Virus record (IMG/VR): IMGVR_UViG_3300043313_002018
Span: 6,730-70,729 of that record
Strand: one strand, 5' to 3'
Length of the DNA: 64,000 bases
Source of the DNA: a virus
A model generated the notes under the pieces. It was not told the DNA's origin. It did not search any database and saw only the letters and a list, made by a program, of their open reading frames with translations. A program made the position numbers and the translations under genes. Positions 1 to 9,165 of the stretch are shown here, in pieces. How positions within the stretch are numbered: the first letter of the stretch is position 1; each line of letters opens with the position of its first letter.

Positions 1-538
1 AACCGGTGGCCGCGTTGAACAGGTTCGCCCCGGTATTCGCCTGCGTCCCGGCCAGCTGCCCCTGCTCCCCGCCGAGCTTCATCATGGAGTCCGCCGCGCC
101 CGCACGCGCCGCGCTCGGCAGCAGCGCCAGCTTGCTGGCCTTGTCGCGGTTCAGCTCCGCCGTCGCCAGGTCCCGCGTCCCGCCCCGCATGCCGCTCTGC
201 TCGAGCGCCTGCCCGGCGCCCCGATACGTCTCGGTAATTCCGGCACGCTCCGGTGCCAGCGTCTGGTCGATCGCCGCGCGATTCCCGCGCAGCAGCGGGC
301 TGAAGTAGTTGGCGCTCTGGTCGAGGGAGTTGTTCGCGGAGGTGAATTGCTTCTGGGCGCCGCCAAGGAAGCTCCCCGCCGCGTCCCCCATCTTGTCGCC
401 GAACTTCCCGAGCTCAGAGCTCGAGGTCTGGAGGCCCGCTGTCGCGCTGTCCTGCGCCGCCGCGATTTTCTTGTTCTTGCCCCGGTTCATGAAGTACTGG
501 GCGCCCATCGAGATCGCCGGAATCGCTGCTGCTGCCAT
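1..538 (-). CDS. Putative DNA ejection/internal virion (pilot) protein, 5' part; runs off the left edge
   Basis: Not in the ORF track. Read manually from ATG 538 (GGAGG RBS upstream): MAAAAIPAISMGAQYFMNRGKNKKIAAAQDSATAGLQ..., Ala/Gly/Gln-rich, open to position 1. Occupies the P22 gp7 position after the GNAT gene. Confidence 0.65.
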   Translation of the reverse strand, partial: MAAAAIPAISMGAQYFMNRGKNKKIAAAQDSATAGLQTSSSELGKFGDKMGDAAGSFLGGAQKQFTSANNSLDQSANYFSPLLRGNRAAIDQTLAPERAGITETYRGAGQALEQSGMRGGTRDLATAELNRDKASKLALLPSAARAGAADSMMKLGGEQGQLAGTQANTGANLFNAATG

Positions 539-938
539 CGCTTGCCTCCGCTCCAGCCTCGAGTTTTACAAAAAACAGGTCGCCCGGCACGCGCTCGAAC
601 CCCATCCGCGCCGCCATCGGCAGGTTGGTGGGCAGATCCTCATGCGCGATCGTCGCGTACGCCGTCGTGATGCGCTCCGCCTGGAGCTGGGCCCGCATGC
701 CCATCACCAGCGCCTTGATCACGGCTGGGTTCTTCCGGGCCTCCGGCTGCACCCACAGGGGTTCCAGGTGCACCGCCAGCCAGATCGGCCAGTACCCCAG
801 GAGCGTCCCCTGGGCGTCCTCCACCGCTACCACCTGCGCGTTGCCCAAGGCCGCGATCACGTCGCGGCGGCCCTGAAACGGGCCTGGGGCATCAGCGAGA
901 CGCCATAGGTCCTCCCCCTCGAGAATGCGCGTTCTCAT
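414..938 (-). CDS. GNAT-like acetyltransferase-fold virion assembly protein (P22 gp14 position)
   Basis: HLEPLWVQPEARKNP...AARMGFERV resembles GNAT motifs A/B. Likely start MRTRILEG at 938. Confidence 0.55.
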   Translation of the reverse strand: MRTRILEGEDLWRLADAPGPFQGRRDVIAALGNAQVVAVEDAQGTLLGYWPIWLAVHLEPLWVQPEARKNPAVIKALVMGMRAQLQAERITTAYATIAHEDLPTNLPMAARMGFERVPGDLFFVKLEAGAEASDGSSSDSGDLDGRPVLHEPGQEQENRGGAGQRDSGPPDLEL

Positions 939-946
939 GCGCCGGG

Positions 947-955
947 ATTCTACCA
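947..955 (-). promoter_or_regulatory. Extended -10 (TGGTAGAAT), 8 nt upstream of the GNAT ATG; possible leaderless transcript
   Basis: Minus strand reads gTGGTAGAATcccggcgcATG with no SD in between. Confidence 0.35.
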
Positions 956-961
956 CTTCCG

Positions 962-1648
962 TTAGAACCGGCCACGGCCTGTCCACACGCCCGGGGCAAA
1001 CACCGTGACGTCGTTGTAGGCCGGCTGGGGGTTGGTCCCGCAGTGGCCGGCGATCACGTCGACGATGTAGACGCTGGTACTGCCCTCGCCGCCGGCGACC
1101 GCGCCGTAGTCGTAGGCGAGTGCGTCCAGGCTCGGGTCGTTGATATTCCCGCGCTTGCCGTTGTAGCCCCAGCGGGTGTCGCCGCCGCGCAGGGCATCCA
1201 CAATGGCGTCCATCAGGTCCCAGGTGCCGCCGGGGACGTTCTGGCAGCTGGTGGCGACAAACCCCGGGTTGGCGGCAAACACCGCGGCCACCGTCCCCGC
1301 GCTCGCCGGCAGCGGCAGCGAGCCGTCCGGCACCGTATTCGGGTCACCCGGAATCCCAGGCACGCCCGGCGGATGCGTGTTCGCCGCGATCGCAAAGGTG
1401 GAAAGCTGCATCGTCACGTACTTCTTGAGCGTGCGCACATTCACGGCGTCGGTGAGCTCCAGCGGGTCGACCACGCCGGTCAGCCGGTTATTCACCTGTA
1501 CCGGCACCGTGGCACTGCGCTGCAGGCTATTCGCCTGGAGCGTCGTAATCAACGCCTGCTGCGCGGCGAGCTGCTGGTACAACTCGGTCAGCAGCATCCG
1601 CAGCGCGGGATCCCGCACCGCGTTGATCTGTCCCATGCCGAGCGCCAT
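962..1648 (-). CDS. Putative tail needle/plug protein (gp26 position) with a C-terminal globular domain
   Basis: N-terminal heptad helix (LLTELYQQLAAQQALITTLQ), Pro/Gly linker, C-terminal domain RWGYNGKRGN...DAL...IVDVIAGHCG. Lies between hub and GNAT. Confidence 0.5.
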   Translation of the reverse strand: MALGMGQINAVRDPALRMLLTELYQQLAAQQALITTLQANSLQRSATVPVQVNNRLTGVVDPLELTDAVNVRTLKKYVTMQLSTFAIAANTHPPGVPGIPGDPNTVPDGSLPLPASAGTVAAVFAANPGFVATSCQNVPGGTWDLMDAIVDALRGGDTRWGYNGKRGNINDPSLDALAYDYGAVAGGEGSTSVYIVDVIAGHCGTNPQPAYNDVTVFAPGVWTGRGRF

Positions 1649-1652
1649 AGCC

Positions 1653-4600
1653 CTAGCTCACCCCGTCCCCGCCGGACATGAACCCGGCGGTGACCGGCAG
1701 GGGCGGCGGCGGCGCCATGTTCGGCGTCGCGGCAATCCCGCTGGCGTTCCCCATCTGGCGCACCTTATCGAGATCGTCACTGCCAAACGGCTGGCGCGTG
1801 CTCGGCGTCGTCGCGCCCCACGGCAGCACCAGCACGCTGCTCTCTTCCCGGTACAACTGGAAGCGCGTCCCGTCGATCTCGGGGGTAAACAGGTACTTCC
1901 ACAGCACGCCCTTGAATGCCTGTAGCGGCACGTACAGCTTCTGTTTCACGCCGCCGGTATTCGGGATCAGGTACGTGGTCGAGGCCACCAGCCCGCCGCT
2001 GTTGTTGTAGGTCGTAATGGTCATGTTCACCGCGCAGGTGCTCTGAATCGTCGCCTGCACGGCAAAGAGCACGTGCTCGCCGGCCAGGCCGTGATCGAGC
2101 AGCTGCGTCTCCCAGCGGACCATCGACAAGGGCTCCTCGTCGTAGACCCACTGGATCGAGTACGGGCGACTGAGGAAGGCGTCGGTGGGGCGCAACCGGA
2201 GTACCCGTGCGCTCGTCGCCGGGAACGCATAGTGATTCACCAGCCGGCCGTTGTGATTCACCGCCAGCGTGGCAATCACCTGCCCGTCGCCCTCCACGCG
2301 TACCGCCTTGGTCTGCCCGTAGGTGTCGCACTCGATCAGCACGCCCTTGATGCTCTTGTTGGTGAGGGTCCCGGCCACCGTGTAGTTCTGGTTCCAGTTC
2401 GCCTGCTCGCTCGGCTCCTCGTCGACGTGCCACACACGGGAGTACAACAGGCCGACATTGAGGTCCTCACAGAAGAAGCGGTACACGTGGCCGCGCTCCG
2501 GCCCGAAGGTGAGGTGCACCACCCGGCGCCCGGTACTCTGTACCGGGAACGTCGGCAGCCCTGTCTCAGGGTTGGTCACCAGCGCGCCGTCCACCATCAC
2601 CTGCACGTCCTTGATGGCGCCGAAGGTATCGACTTCCAAGTCCAGCCCGGTGTAGTAGCTGTCCCCCAGGTTTTCAAAGCCGCTGTCCCAGCCGGCAATG
2701 CGCGGCGGCTCCGGTGTGGCGAGCCAGTCCACCTTAAAGAGCATCCAGAAGGTGCAGTCGCTGATCGCGCGGATCCGAATCTGGTCGGCTTTCACCGCCG
2801 GCCAGGAAAACTGCAGCAGCTTCCGCCCATTCGCCTGCAGCGTCAGGGTACTGGCGATCAACAACTGGTTGCCCTGCGTGTACTCGACCACGCATTCCAC
2901 CTCAGTGTCCGCGGTGTCGCACACCAGGCTCAGGCCCCAGAAGTAGCGCTCGGTCGAGAAGCTCTCCCACGTGGTGGCGCGCTTCAGGACCTGATCGGGC
3001 TGGGGCGTGATCGCTACGCCGGTCACATACAGCGCGCTGGCGGCCGTGCCGCTCCACGCCAAGTCCAGTTGCAGATTGCGCGCCCGCTGCGGCACCAACC
3101 CAAACGGATCCGCCTGGTAGCGGCGCCGGCCGGTCAGCCCGGTAAAGGTGACGGGCGCGTTCGCCACTACGCCGTTATTCAGGTACGTGGTCAGCGTCAG
3201 CGCGGTGTCGGTCGGGAGATCGGCATCCAGAATCACGTCCCCCAGCAACTTGTCCTCGCGCGGCCGACCGCCGTCCATGTACCCGGTCACAATTCGTGGG
3301 GCGATCGCCGTCCCGTTGTCGGTCGTGCCGGTGTGCAGGTGCGCGGTGCCGTTGCTGCAGCCGAGCCACAGCTGCGGCGCGAGGTTCATCCCCTCTTCCG
3401 CGTAGGTCACCTGCGGCGGAACCGCGAAGTCGTAGCTGCCCCAGTCCTTCGTCAGCAGCGAGTACACCAGGCAGCGCAGCGTGCCGCCGGTGTCCTTGTA
3501 GGTGAAGAAGATGCGGTTCTGGAACACGCTCAGGCGCAGGTACACCGACTGCATGAGATCCACCGGCAGGACGTAGCTGCCAGGCACGTACTCCACGCGC
3601 TGCCCGTGAAAGAGCGGGTCGATCTGCGTGCTGAGGAGCTCCGCCGTTTGTCCGGCGCTCAGGTAGATGCCGGCCGCATCCGCGTCCCCGCTGACGAAGT
3701 ACACCCCGGCCGCGGTCTGCGTCCACGCCCAGCGGGACGCGATACCCACCTGGCACGCGGTTTCCTGCACGCTGACCTCGCCGCTGCCGAGATTGGCGAT
3801 CGCCTGGTAGCCACGCTTCCGGCTCAGGATGAACCCGATGCCATTCACGAGCGTGCCCGCCAGCAGCTCCTCGCTCGGCGGGCAGACCTCGATCGCGTTC
3901 TGCGGCGGCCAGCTCCCGGCCTTCTCGACCTTGCTGTAGTACAGATGCCCCGGGCGGTACGGATCCCCGAGCCCGAGCAGGCGCCCGCCCAGTGGCCCGA
4001 ACACCACCGGCAGCGGCTGCGCATGCACCGTGGCGCCGGCGCCCGTCACCGTGGTCACCGGCTGGTCGTTATCCAAGGCCAGCGTGGCACTCGCCACCGC
4101 CGTCGTGTCGCTCTCGGCGTCGGTCAACGCCGCGCCGTCGCCGGCATTCACCCCCACGTAGTACCAGTCCGCGGGAATCGATCCTCCACGCCGGTAGAAG
4201 CGCTGCCGCACGCGCGGGTCGCCGTACCCCACCGGGCTGACGGTCGCGCGCTGGCGCAGCGCCTCGAGCCGGGTGTTCTCGCTCATCTCCGGGCTCGGAT
4301 TACTCTCATCGCCCGTATCTAAGTGGTAGTGCGTGTACCGCCAGTCGTACGGCGTCGCGGTCGGCTCGGTCGTGTCCAGCGGATAGCCGCCGGTCAGGAA
4401 CCAGTCGTCGCAGGCGACCTTGATCGCATCCGGGCCGGTGGTCTGCAGCACGAGCACAATCCCGGTGATGGTATCCCAGCCGAGTGTCGCCTGGTTGCCG
4501 AACCGCAGGAAGTCGCCGCGGCGCAGCGGCTTGTCGATGTTGCCGAACTCGCTCCAGGTGCTGCGACCGGGGGCGAGCTGCTGGCTGCTCTGGGTGGGCA

Positions 4601-5687
4601 GCGAGCTCACGCCGGCGGTTTGGCTGGGCGGGAGCAGGCCGCCGCCACCGAGGGGACTGACGGTATCGGGCGTGAGCCCGAGCACCCCGTCGTTCAGGTA
4701 CTGCGTGATGAGGTCGGCAGTGCGGGTCCGATTCCCGGTTTCCAGCGATCCCAGCGTATTCTCCAGGAAGGCCGTAATGTCGTTGCCCCGGATCGCCTTC
4801 ACAAACCCGTCGGTGTTGAGCGCCGCGTCGGTCCCGGGCAACACCGTCCCGTCAAAGGAGGAGCAAATGAAGTAGATGCGAATCTCTTCCAGCAAGGCGG
4901 GCAGGTCGACCCGCAGCCAGAGGTGAATCAGATCTTCTGCGCTCGCGGCGACCGTCCCGCCTTGCAACACGGTCAGGTCCATCGCCTTCGCACGGCCGAC
5001 GATGCTCGCGTACCCCAGCACCGCCCCACCCGGGTCGGTCGTAAACTCGACACAGTTCCCACTGAGCCCGGTGACGTCGGCCCCCGTCGGCGTGCCCGCC
5101 GTCAGCGGCTCGGTACTGCGGTCTACCCCCGCCGTATACGTCCACCCGGCCGCATCGGTGCTATCACTGCTGTCAAAGGCCGCAATCCCGGTGGTGAGGA
5201 TGTCTGCGACCACGGCGCTCGCCGCGGTGGTCGGCGCTGGCAGCCCCAGCGCGATCGCCGGACCCGTGGCACTGGCCTGGCGCATCTTCGCCGTGTCCGC
5301 CGCAATCATCCACGGCTCGCCGCTCAGCGCCGGCCGGTACGGCAGCATTACCAGCGGACTGCCGCTGAACCCGCCCTCCAGCACACTCGGCGCCGCGTTC
5401 CCCCGCAGCCAGCTCGTGCCGCCGCTCCAGAACCGCATCGCACTGGCGCTCGCCGGCAGGTCCAGCCGCTGGATCTGCAGCACGCTGCCGATGCCGCTGA
5501 TCTGTTGCGTCATCCCGGGCCGGCTCGCCATCTCGCCGTGAAAATTCTGTACCACGTTCGCCCGGTACAGCGCCTCCTCCGGGTCGAGCTGGTCTTTCGC
5601 CACGAACCAGTTCAACCCCTTGCGTCCGGGGATGAAGCAGGGGGTTTCATGCTCGCTGGGCGCGGCGCCGCGGAATGTGAGTCCCAT
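1653..5687 (-). CDS. Tail hub/nozzle-like protein (P22 gp10 / T7 gp12 position), 1344 aa
   Basis: N-terminal GLN...D...A...NV...G.M.SRPG pattern, beta-propeller-like middle (PYRPGHLYYSK...SWP), repeated C-terminal beta domains; directly after the adaptor genes. Confidence 0.65.
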   Translation of the reverse strand: MGLTFRGAAPSEHETPCFIPGRKGLNWFVAKDQLDPEEALYRANVVQNFHGEMASRPGMTQQISGIGSVLQIQRLDLPASASAMRFWSGGTSWLRGNAAPSVLEGGFSGSPLVMLPYRPALSGEPWMIAADTAKMRQASATGPAIALGLPAPTTAASAVVADILTTGIAAFDSSDSTDAAGWTYTAGVDRSTEPLTAGTPTGADVTGLSGNCVEFTTDPGGAVLGYASIVGRAKAMDLTVLQGGTVAASAEDLIHLWLRVDLPALLEEIRIYFICSSFDGTVLPGTDAALNTDGFVKAIRGNDITAFLENTLGSLETGNRTRTADLITQYLNDGVLGLTPDTVSPLGGGGLLPPSQTAGVSSLPTQSSQQLAPGRSTWSEFGNIDKPLRRGDFLRFGNQATLGWDTITGIVLVLQTTGPDAIKVACDDWFLTGGYPLDTTEPTATPYDWRYTHYHLDTGDESNPSPEMSENTRLEALRQRATVSPVGYGDPRVRQRFYRRGGSIPADWYYVGVNAGDGAALTDAESDTTAVASATLALDNDQPVTTVTGAGATVHAQPLPVVFGPLGGRLLGLGDPYRPGHLYYSKVEKAGSWPPQNAIEVCPPSEELLAGTLVNGIGFILSRKRGYQAIANLGSGEVSVQETACQVGIASRWAWTQTAAGVYFVSGDADAAGIYLSAGQTAELLSTQIDPLFHGQRVEYVPGSYVLPVDLMQSVYLRLSVFQNRIFFTYKDTGGTLRCLVYSLLTKDWGSYDFAVPPQVTYAEEGMNLAPQLWLGCSNGTAHLHTGTTDNGTAIAPRIVTGYMDGGRPREDKLLGDVILDADLPTDTALTLTTYLNNGVVANAPVTFTGLTGRRRYQADPFGLVPQRARNLQLDLAWSGTAASALYVTGVAITPQPDQVLKRATTWESFSTERYFWGLSLVCDTADTEVECVVEYTQGNQLLIASTLTLQANGRKLLQFSWPAVKADQIRIRAISDCTFWMLFKVDWLATPEPPRIAGWDSGFENLGDSYYTGLDLEVDTFGAIKDVQVMVDGALVTNPETGLPTFPVQSTGRRVVHLTFGPERGHVYRFFCEDLNVGLLYSRVWHVDEEPSEQANWNQNYTVAGTLTNKSIKGVLIECDTYGQTKAVRVEGDGQVIATLAVNHNGRLVNHYAFPATSARVLRLRPTDAFLSRPYSIQWVYDEEPLSMVRWETQLLDHGLAGEHVLFAVQATIQSTCAVNMTITTYNNSGGLVASTTYLIPNTGGVKQKLYVPLQAFKGVLWKYLFTPEIDGTRFQLYREESSVLVLPWGATTPSTRQPFGSDDLDKVRQMGNASGIAATPNMAPPPPLPVTAGFMSGGDGVS

Positions 5688-6325
5688 TAGCTAATCACCA
5701 CGGATTTCAGGAGCGCCTGCGCCAGCTGCACGCCTTCGTCGTAGCGCGTTTCACAGTAGGCCGCGCGCGGCTGGTCATACGCGCGTCCCTGCTTGCCGAA
5801 CATATCGGCCAGCACGCCGTACATCAGGTACGGCTCGCACTCGTCCGGCACCGTCAGCTCCAAGCCCGTGCCGTCGAGCACGTTCCCGACCAGCGCCGCA
5901 AACAGGTGCAGCACCCCGCCGGTGAGCGGCGACGGCACCAGCGAGAACTGCTTGGTGGCGATCTCCTCGGTCAGGTACCACTGGCTGCGCCCGTAGTCGC
6001 TTTCCCAGCGCGGCAGCATATTGTCGGCCTCGCGCCGCGTGACTGGCGACAGCGGGTAGGTGCGCCCGGCTTCCACGATGAACGCATTCCGCGTTGCCAG
6101 CCAGCCGTCCGGCAGGTCCTGTTGCGCCTGCTGCGCAATCACCGGCGTGGCGAGCCAGCTGGTAATCAGCAGGGTTTCCTTCAGGAAGCGGTCCTGCCGG
6201 GCGTTCAGGTACCCGAGGATCTCCGTCGGCGTCCACAGGCCGCTCGGCCACGTGGCGCCGAGGTCCGGCGCCTCAATGACCATGCGCTGCAGTTGCTCGA
6301 GCAGCTCCTGGTCCGTGACTGCCAT
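5687..6325 (-). CDS. Head-tail adaptor-like protein (paralogue 1)
   Basis: True start MAVTDQELL at 6325 (TAATG coupling). YLNARQDRF...LPDGWL...LVPSP...YLMYGVLADMF adaptor pattern. Confidence 0.65.
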   Translation of the reverse strand: MAVTDQELLEQLQRMVIEAPDLGATWPSGLWTPTEILGYLNARQDRFLKETLLITSWLATPVIAQQAQQDLPDGWLATRNAFIVEAGRTYPLSPVTRREADNMLPRWESDYGRSQWYLTEEIATKQFSLVPSPLTGGVLHLFAALVGNVLDGTGLELTVPDECEPYLMYGVLADMFGKQGRAYDQPRAAYCETRYDEGVQLAQALLKSVVIS

Positions 6326-7041
6326 TACAACCCACCCCCGCCCGGCGGCACATCCGCCGGCTGCCCGGTGGTCGGCGCATCCGGCACCAGGCTCCACGCA
6401 TACCCTTCCTTCTGGAAGGACGTGTACCAGCGGCTCATCTTGAGCAGCGCGTTGCGCTCGACGGCCGCCTTCACAAACTGCTCCAGGTACGGCTTGGTGC
6501 GATCGAGGAAACTCGCCCCCGCCTTCAGTGCGCACACGTGCAGCGCATACCCGGTGAGCGTGTCGATCTCCTCCGACCCGATGTTCACGAAGTCGCTGTC
6601 GTCGGTCAGCACCGGGGTACTCCGTACCCCGTCGACTTCGAGGCTGCCGACCACGGGGCTCGCCGGGTAGATCGCCAGCAGATTCAATCCTACCGGGGCC
6701 CAGAACAGGGGGCGCGACGGGTGCCCATCCGCCCCCGCGCGCGCCTGCCACCAGTCCGGCGTCAGCATCTGGATCTCCGCCACGCTGACCCCGGTCATGT
6801 TCTTCCCCTGCCACGTCACCGCGGTCTGCTGGGCGAGCGTCCCCGGCACCGGCACCAGCGGGTCGTTCGGCACGTTCCCCACGACGATGCGCCGGCGCCA
6901 GTAGCTCGTGAGCAGGTTCCACGTCCGGAGGGCCTGATTGAGCGCCAGGTTCGCGTCAATCTCGGTCCAGAACGGGCTCGACTCATAGCGCTGCTGCAGG
7001 AGCTGGCGCAGCTGCGCGCGCGTGGTAGTGGTGTAGGGCAT
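6325..7041 (-). CDS. Head-tail adaptor-like protein (paralogue 2)
   Basis: RAQLRQLL...W...ANLALNQALR...LAIYPAS...YALHVCALK adaptor pattern. Confidence 0.6.
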   Translation of the reverse strand: MPYTTTTRAQLRQLLQQRYESSPFWTEIDANLALNQALRTWNLLTSYWRRRIVVGNVPNDPLVPVPGTLAQQTAVTWQGKNMTGVSVAEIQMLTPDWWQARAGADGHPSRPLFWAPVGLNLLAIYPASPVVGSLEVDGVRSTPVLTDDSDFVNIGSEEIDTLTGYALHVCALKAGASFLDRTKPYLEQFVKAAVERNALLKMSRWYTSFQKEGYAWSLVPDAPTTGQPADVPPGGGGL

Positions 7042-7045
7042 CGAC

Positions 7046-7243
7046 CTACTTGCGGGCGATCAGCGCGTTGATCGCCTGCGCGAACTCCTTATTGATCTGC
7101 TGCTGCTGCTCGAGCAGCCGCTCGGTCTGGTAATGCTGCAGGTTGTGCCGCTGGTACATGTTGTAGCCCATGGCCCCAAAGATCCCGGTGAGCAGCGCGC
7201 CTACCATCAGCAGTAGGAGCTGCCCGCGTTGTACTGCCGTCAT
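7046..7243 (-). CDS. Small single-TM protein with a coiled-coil tail
   Basis: Hydrophobic LLLLMVGALLTGIFGAMGY segment; GGAGGCTGAG RBS. Confidence 0.6.
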   Translation of the reverse strand: MTAVQRGQLLLLMVGALLTGIFGAMGYNMYQRHNLQHYQTERLLEQQQQINKEFAQAINALIARK

Positions 7244-7270
7244 GGCTCAGCCTCCGCGGCTACTCTACCG

Positions 7271-8872
7271 CTAGTAGCCATGGCAGGCCAGTACCAGCAC
7301 GTCCGAGGCGGTCCAGGCTAACGCCGCACCCGTCGATACCGTCTGGTTCTCCACGGTCACGGTGGTCGTGGTCGAGCCGATCTGCATCGTGCGCTGGTTG
7401 GCGTAGTTCCCGAGCACGCCGGTCTGATTCTCGACGCTGCACACCCACCCGGTGGTGGCCGCCGGCATGGTGATGACGCCGGACGTGGCCGAGCCACCCG
7501 TGCCGACATTGATGGTGAAGGCGGCCGTGCCGTTATTCGTCGGCACCGTCGGCAGCGTCCCGAACCCCGAGGCAATCGTCGGCGCCGTCGAGCTCATCAC
7601 CAACCGGGTCAGCCCGACACTGCTCAGCCCGCTGAGCGTCGTCAGGCAGCTGTAGGCATTGGTCCCGGTCGCATACCCCAGCGGCGTCGTCGTGCAGTTC
7701 GGGAGCGCCTTGGCCTGCCACGCGGTGCCGTTGCTTACCAGATTCGTGTCATCGGCGGCCGTCGCAATCCCGGTGCCGCCGTTGGCAAACGGCAGGATGG
7801 TCGCCGCCACGTCGGTCGTTAGGTCGATCGCTGTCAGCCCGGCGGTAATCACCCCGCGCGTATTAACTGTCGCCTTGACGTAGGTGCCGGCACTGACCCC
7901 GGAGAGCGGCAGATCGGCGTTCACCAGGGACCGAAAGGTCGGCGCGCTCGGCCCCGCTGAGCTCGGGCCGGCAAACACGGTATTGAGGACCTGCGTGGCG
8001 AGTGTCCCGGTGAGCGTCCCGGAGGTGGTCACCGGGCTCCCGGTCACCGTCAGGATGGCCGGCAGGCTCAGCGCCACGCTCGTCACGGTGCCCGTGCCCA
8101 CCGTCGGTGTCTTCCACGTGCCGTCGCCGGCCCAGAAGGTCGTGCCGCTGGCACTGGTCCCGGAGTTCAGGTGCGTCACGGCCAGGTTGCCGCTCACATC
8201 CGTGGACAGGTCCACCGCCGCCCCGAACAGGCTCACATTCGCCGACAACCGCGCGTCATCGAGCGTCCCGGAGGTCAGGTCGGTGGCCGAGCGGGTCGCC
8301 AAGTCCGCCAGCGAGCTGCTGGTCTTGCTGATCTTGGTCCACGCGATTGCGGCCGCGGCGTCGATCTGGGCGTTCCCGATGGTGGTCGGCAGCCGCGCGA
8401 GCGCCACGGTCCCCGAGGCGATGCTGCTCCCGTTGAGCGCGGTGAGGGTGCTGCCGTCCGTGCTCCACGCCGGGTCGTTCGCCCCCATCTGCAGGAACGT
8501 CCCGATGCTGCCCTTGGCAAACCGCGCCCACACGGGCGTGCTGTTCGCCACGATCAGATCCCCGCGCGTCGGCGGACTCGCCGCCAGCGTGTCCGGGTGC
8601 GTCGCACTCAACAGGTTGTGGGGGGTCGTCGACCCACCCCCACCGCTGAGGGTGCTGCCGTTCCAGTACAGGTTCGTCCCGTCGGTGTAGAGCCGGTGGG
8701 TTGTCTCCGACGGCAGGAACACCGCCAGGCGCAGATCGTTAAAAATCTGCGTGCCGGTCCAGGTGTTATTGCGCTGCAGCAGCTGCAGGACCTGCGTCGG
8801 CAGGCTCTGCGCCAGCAGCACGCCAGTAAACACCGACAGCAAGAGCGCCGCGGTCGTGAGGGCTCGCCGCAT
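7271..8872 (-). CDS. Tail fibre-like protein with an N-terminal signal-peptide-like leader
   Basis: Start MRRALTTAALLLSVFTGVLLA|QS at 8872. Thr/Ser/Gly-rich with fibre repeats (GTVTSVALS, SGVSAGTY.K.TVN.RG.ITAG, LPFANGGTG). Confidence 0.7.
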   Translation of the reverse strand: MRRALTTAALLLSVFTGVLLAQSLPTQVLQLLQRNNTWTGTQIFNDLRLAVFLPSETTHRLYTDGTNLYWNGSTLSGGGGSTTPHNLLSATHPDTLAASPPTRGDLIVANSTPVWARFAKGSIGTFLQMGANDPAWSTDGSTLTALNGSSIASGTVALARLPTTIGNAQIDAAAAIAWTKISKTSSSLADLATRSATDLTSGTLDDARLSANVSLFGAAVDLSTDVSGNLAVTHLNSGTSASGTTFWAGDGTWKTPTVGTGTVTSVALSLPAILTVTGSPVTTSGTLTGTLATQVLNTVFAGPSSAGPSAPTFRSLVNADLPLSGVSAGTYVKATVNTRGVITAGLTAIDLTTDVAATILPFANGGTGIATAADDTNLVSNGTAWQAKALPNCTTTPLGYATGTNAYSCLTTLSGLSSVGLTRLVMSSTAPTIASGFGTLPTVPTNNGTAAFTINVGTGGSATSGVITMPAATTGWVCSVENQTGVLGNYANQRTMQIGSTTTTVTVENQTVSTGAALAWTASDVLVLACHGY

Positions 8873-8873
8873 G

Positions 8874-9155
8874 TTACACATCCTCCGGGTCGTACAGCAG
8901 CAGGTCGGGGTTCTGGTACTCGTCCCCGCCGCCGCTCTCAGGGGTGATCGTCTCGGTGTAGCGGCCATTCGCCGCGTACCAGCCGTAAATGCCGGTGTCG
9001 GCCGCCGCGGTAAACGGATTGGCCTTCGGGGTCACGCCGTTGTCGCTGTACAGCGTGCTGAGCGCATCCGTGCCAAAGTCCCGCACTTCTACGGTGGCAC
9101 TGCCCGCCGGTACGCCCGTTCGCACATTCCGTGCCCAGTCGCCTCGTCGTTCCAT
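8874..9155 (-). CDS. Stand-alone head-binding-like (tailspike attachment) domain
   Basis: LYSDNGVTPKANPFTA..DTGIYGWYAANGRY; homologous to the C-terminus of 12411..13268. Confidence 0.55.
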   Translation of the reverse strand: MERRGDWARNVRTGVPAGSATVEVRDFGTDALSTLYSDNGVTPKANPFTAAADTGIYGWYAANGRYTETITPESGGGDEYQNPDLLLYDPEDV

Positions 9156-9165
9156 CGTTATGCTC

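Noticed and set aside
2073-5690. Long plus-strand ORFs (749 aa, 455 aa) opposite the hub gene, and similar antisense ORFs elsewhere
   Set aside because: Shadow frames of high-GC coding sequence; Arg/Ala/Pro-rich with no motifs or RBS.
6326-6922. N-terminal 200 aa of the 411-aa ORF 5687..6922
   Set aside because: Overlaps adaptor paralogue 2 in another frame; the real start is the TAATG-coupled ATG at 6325.
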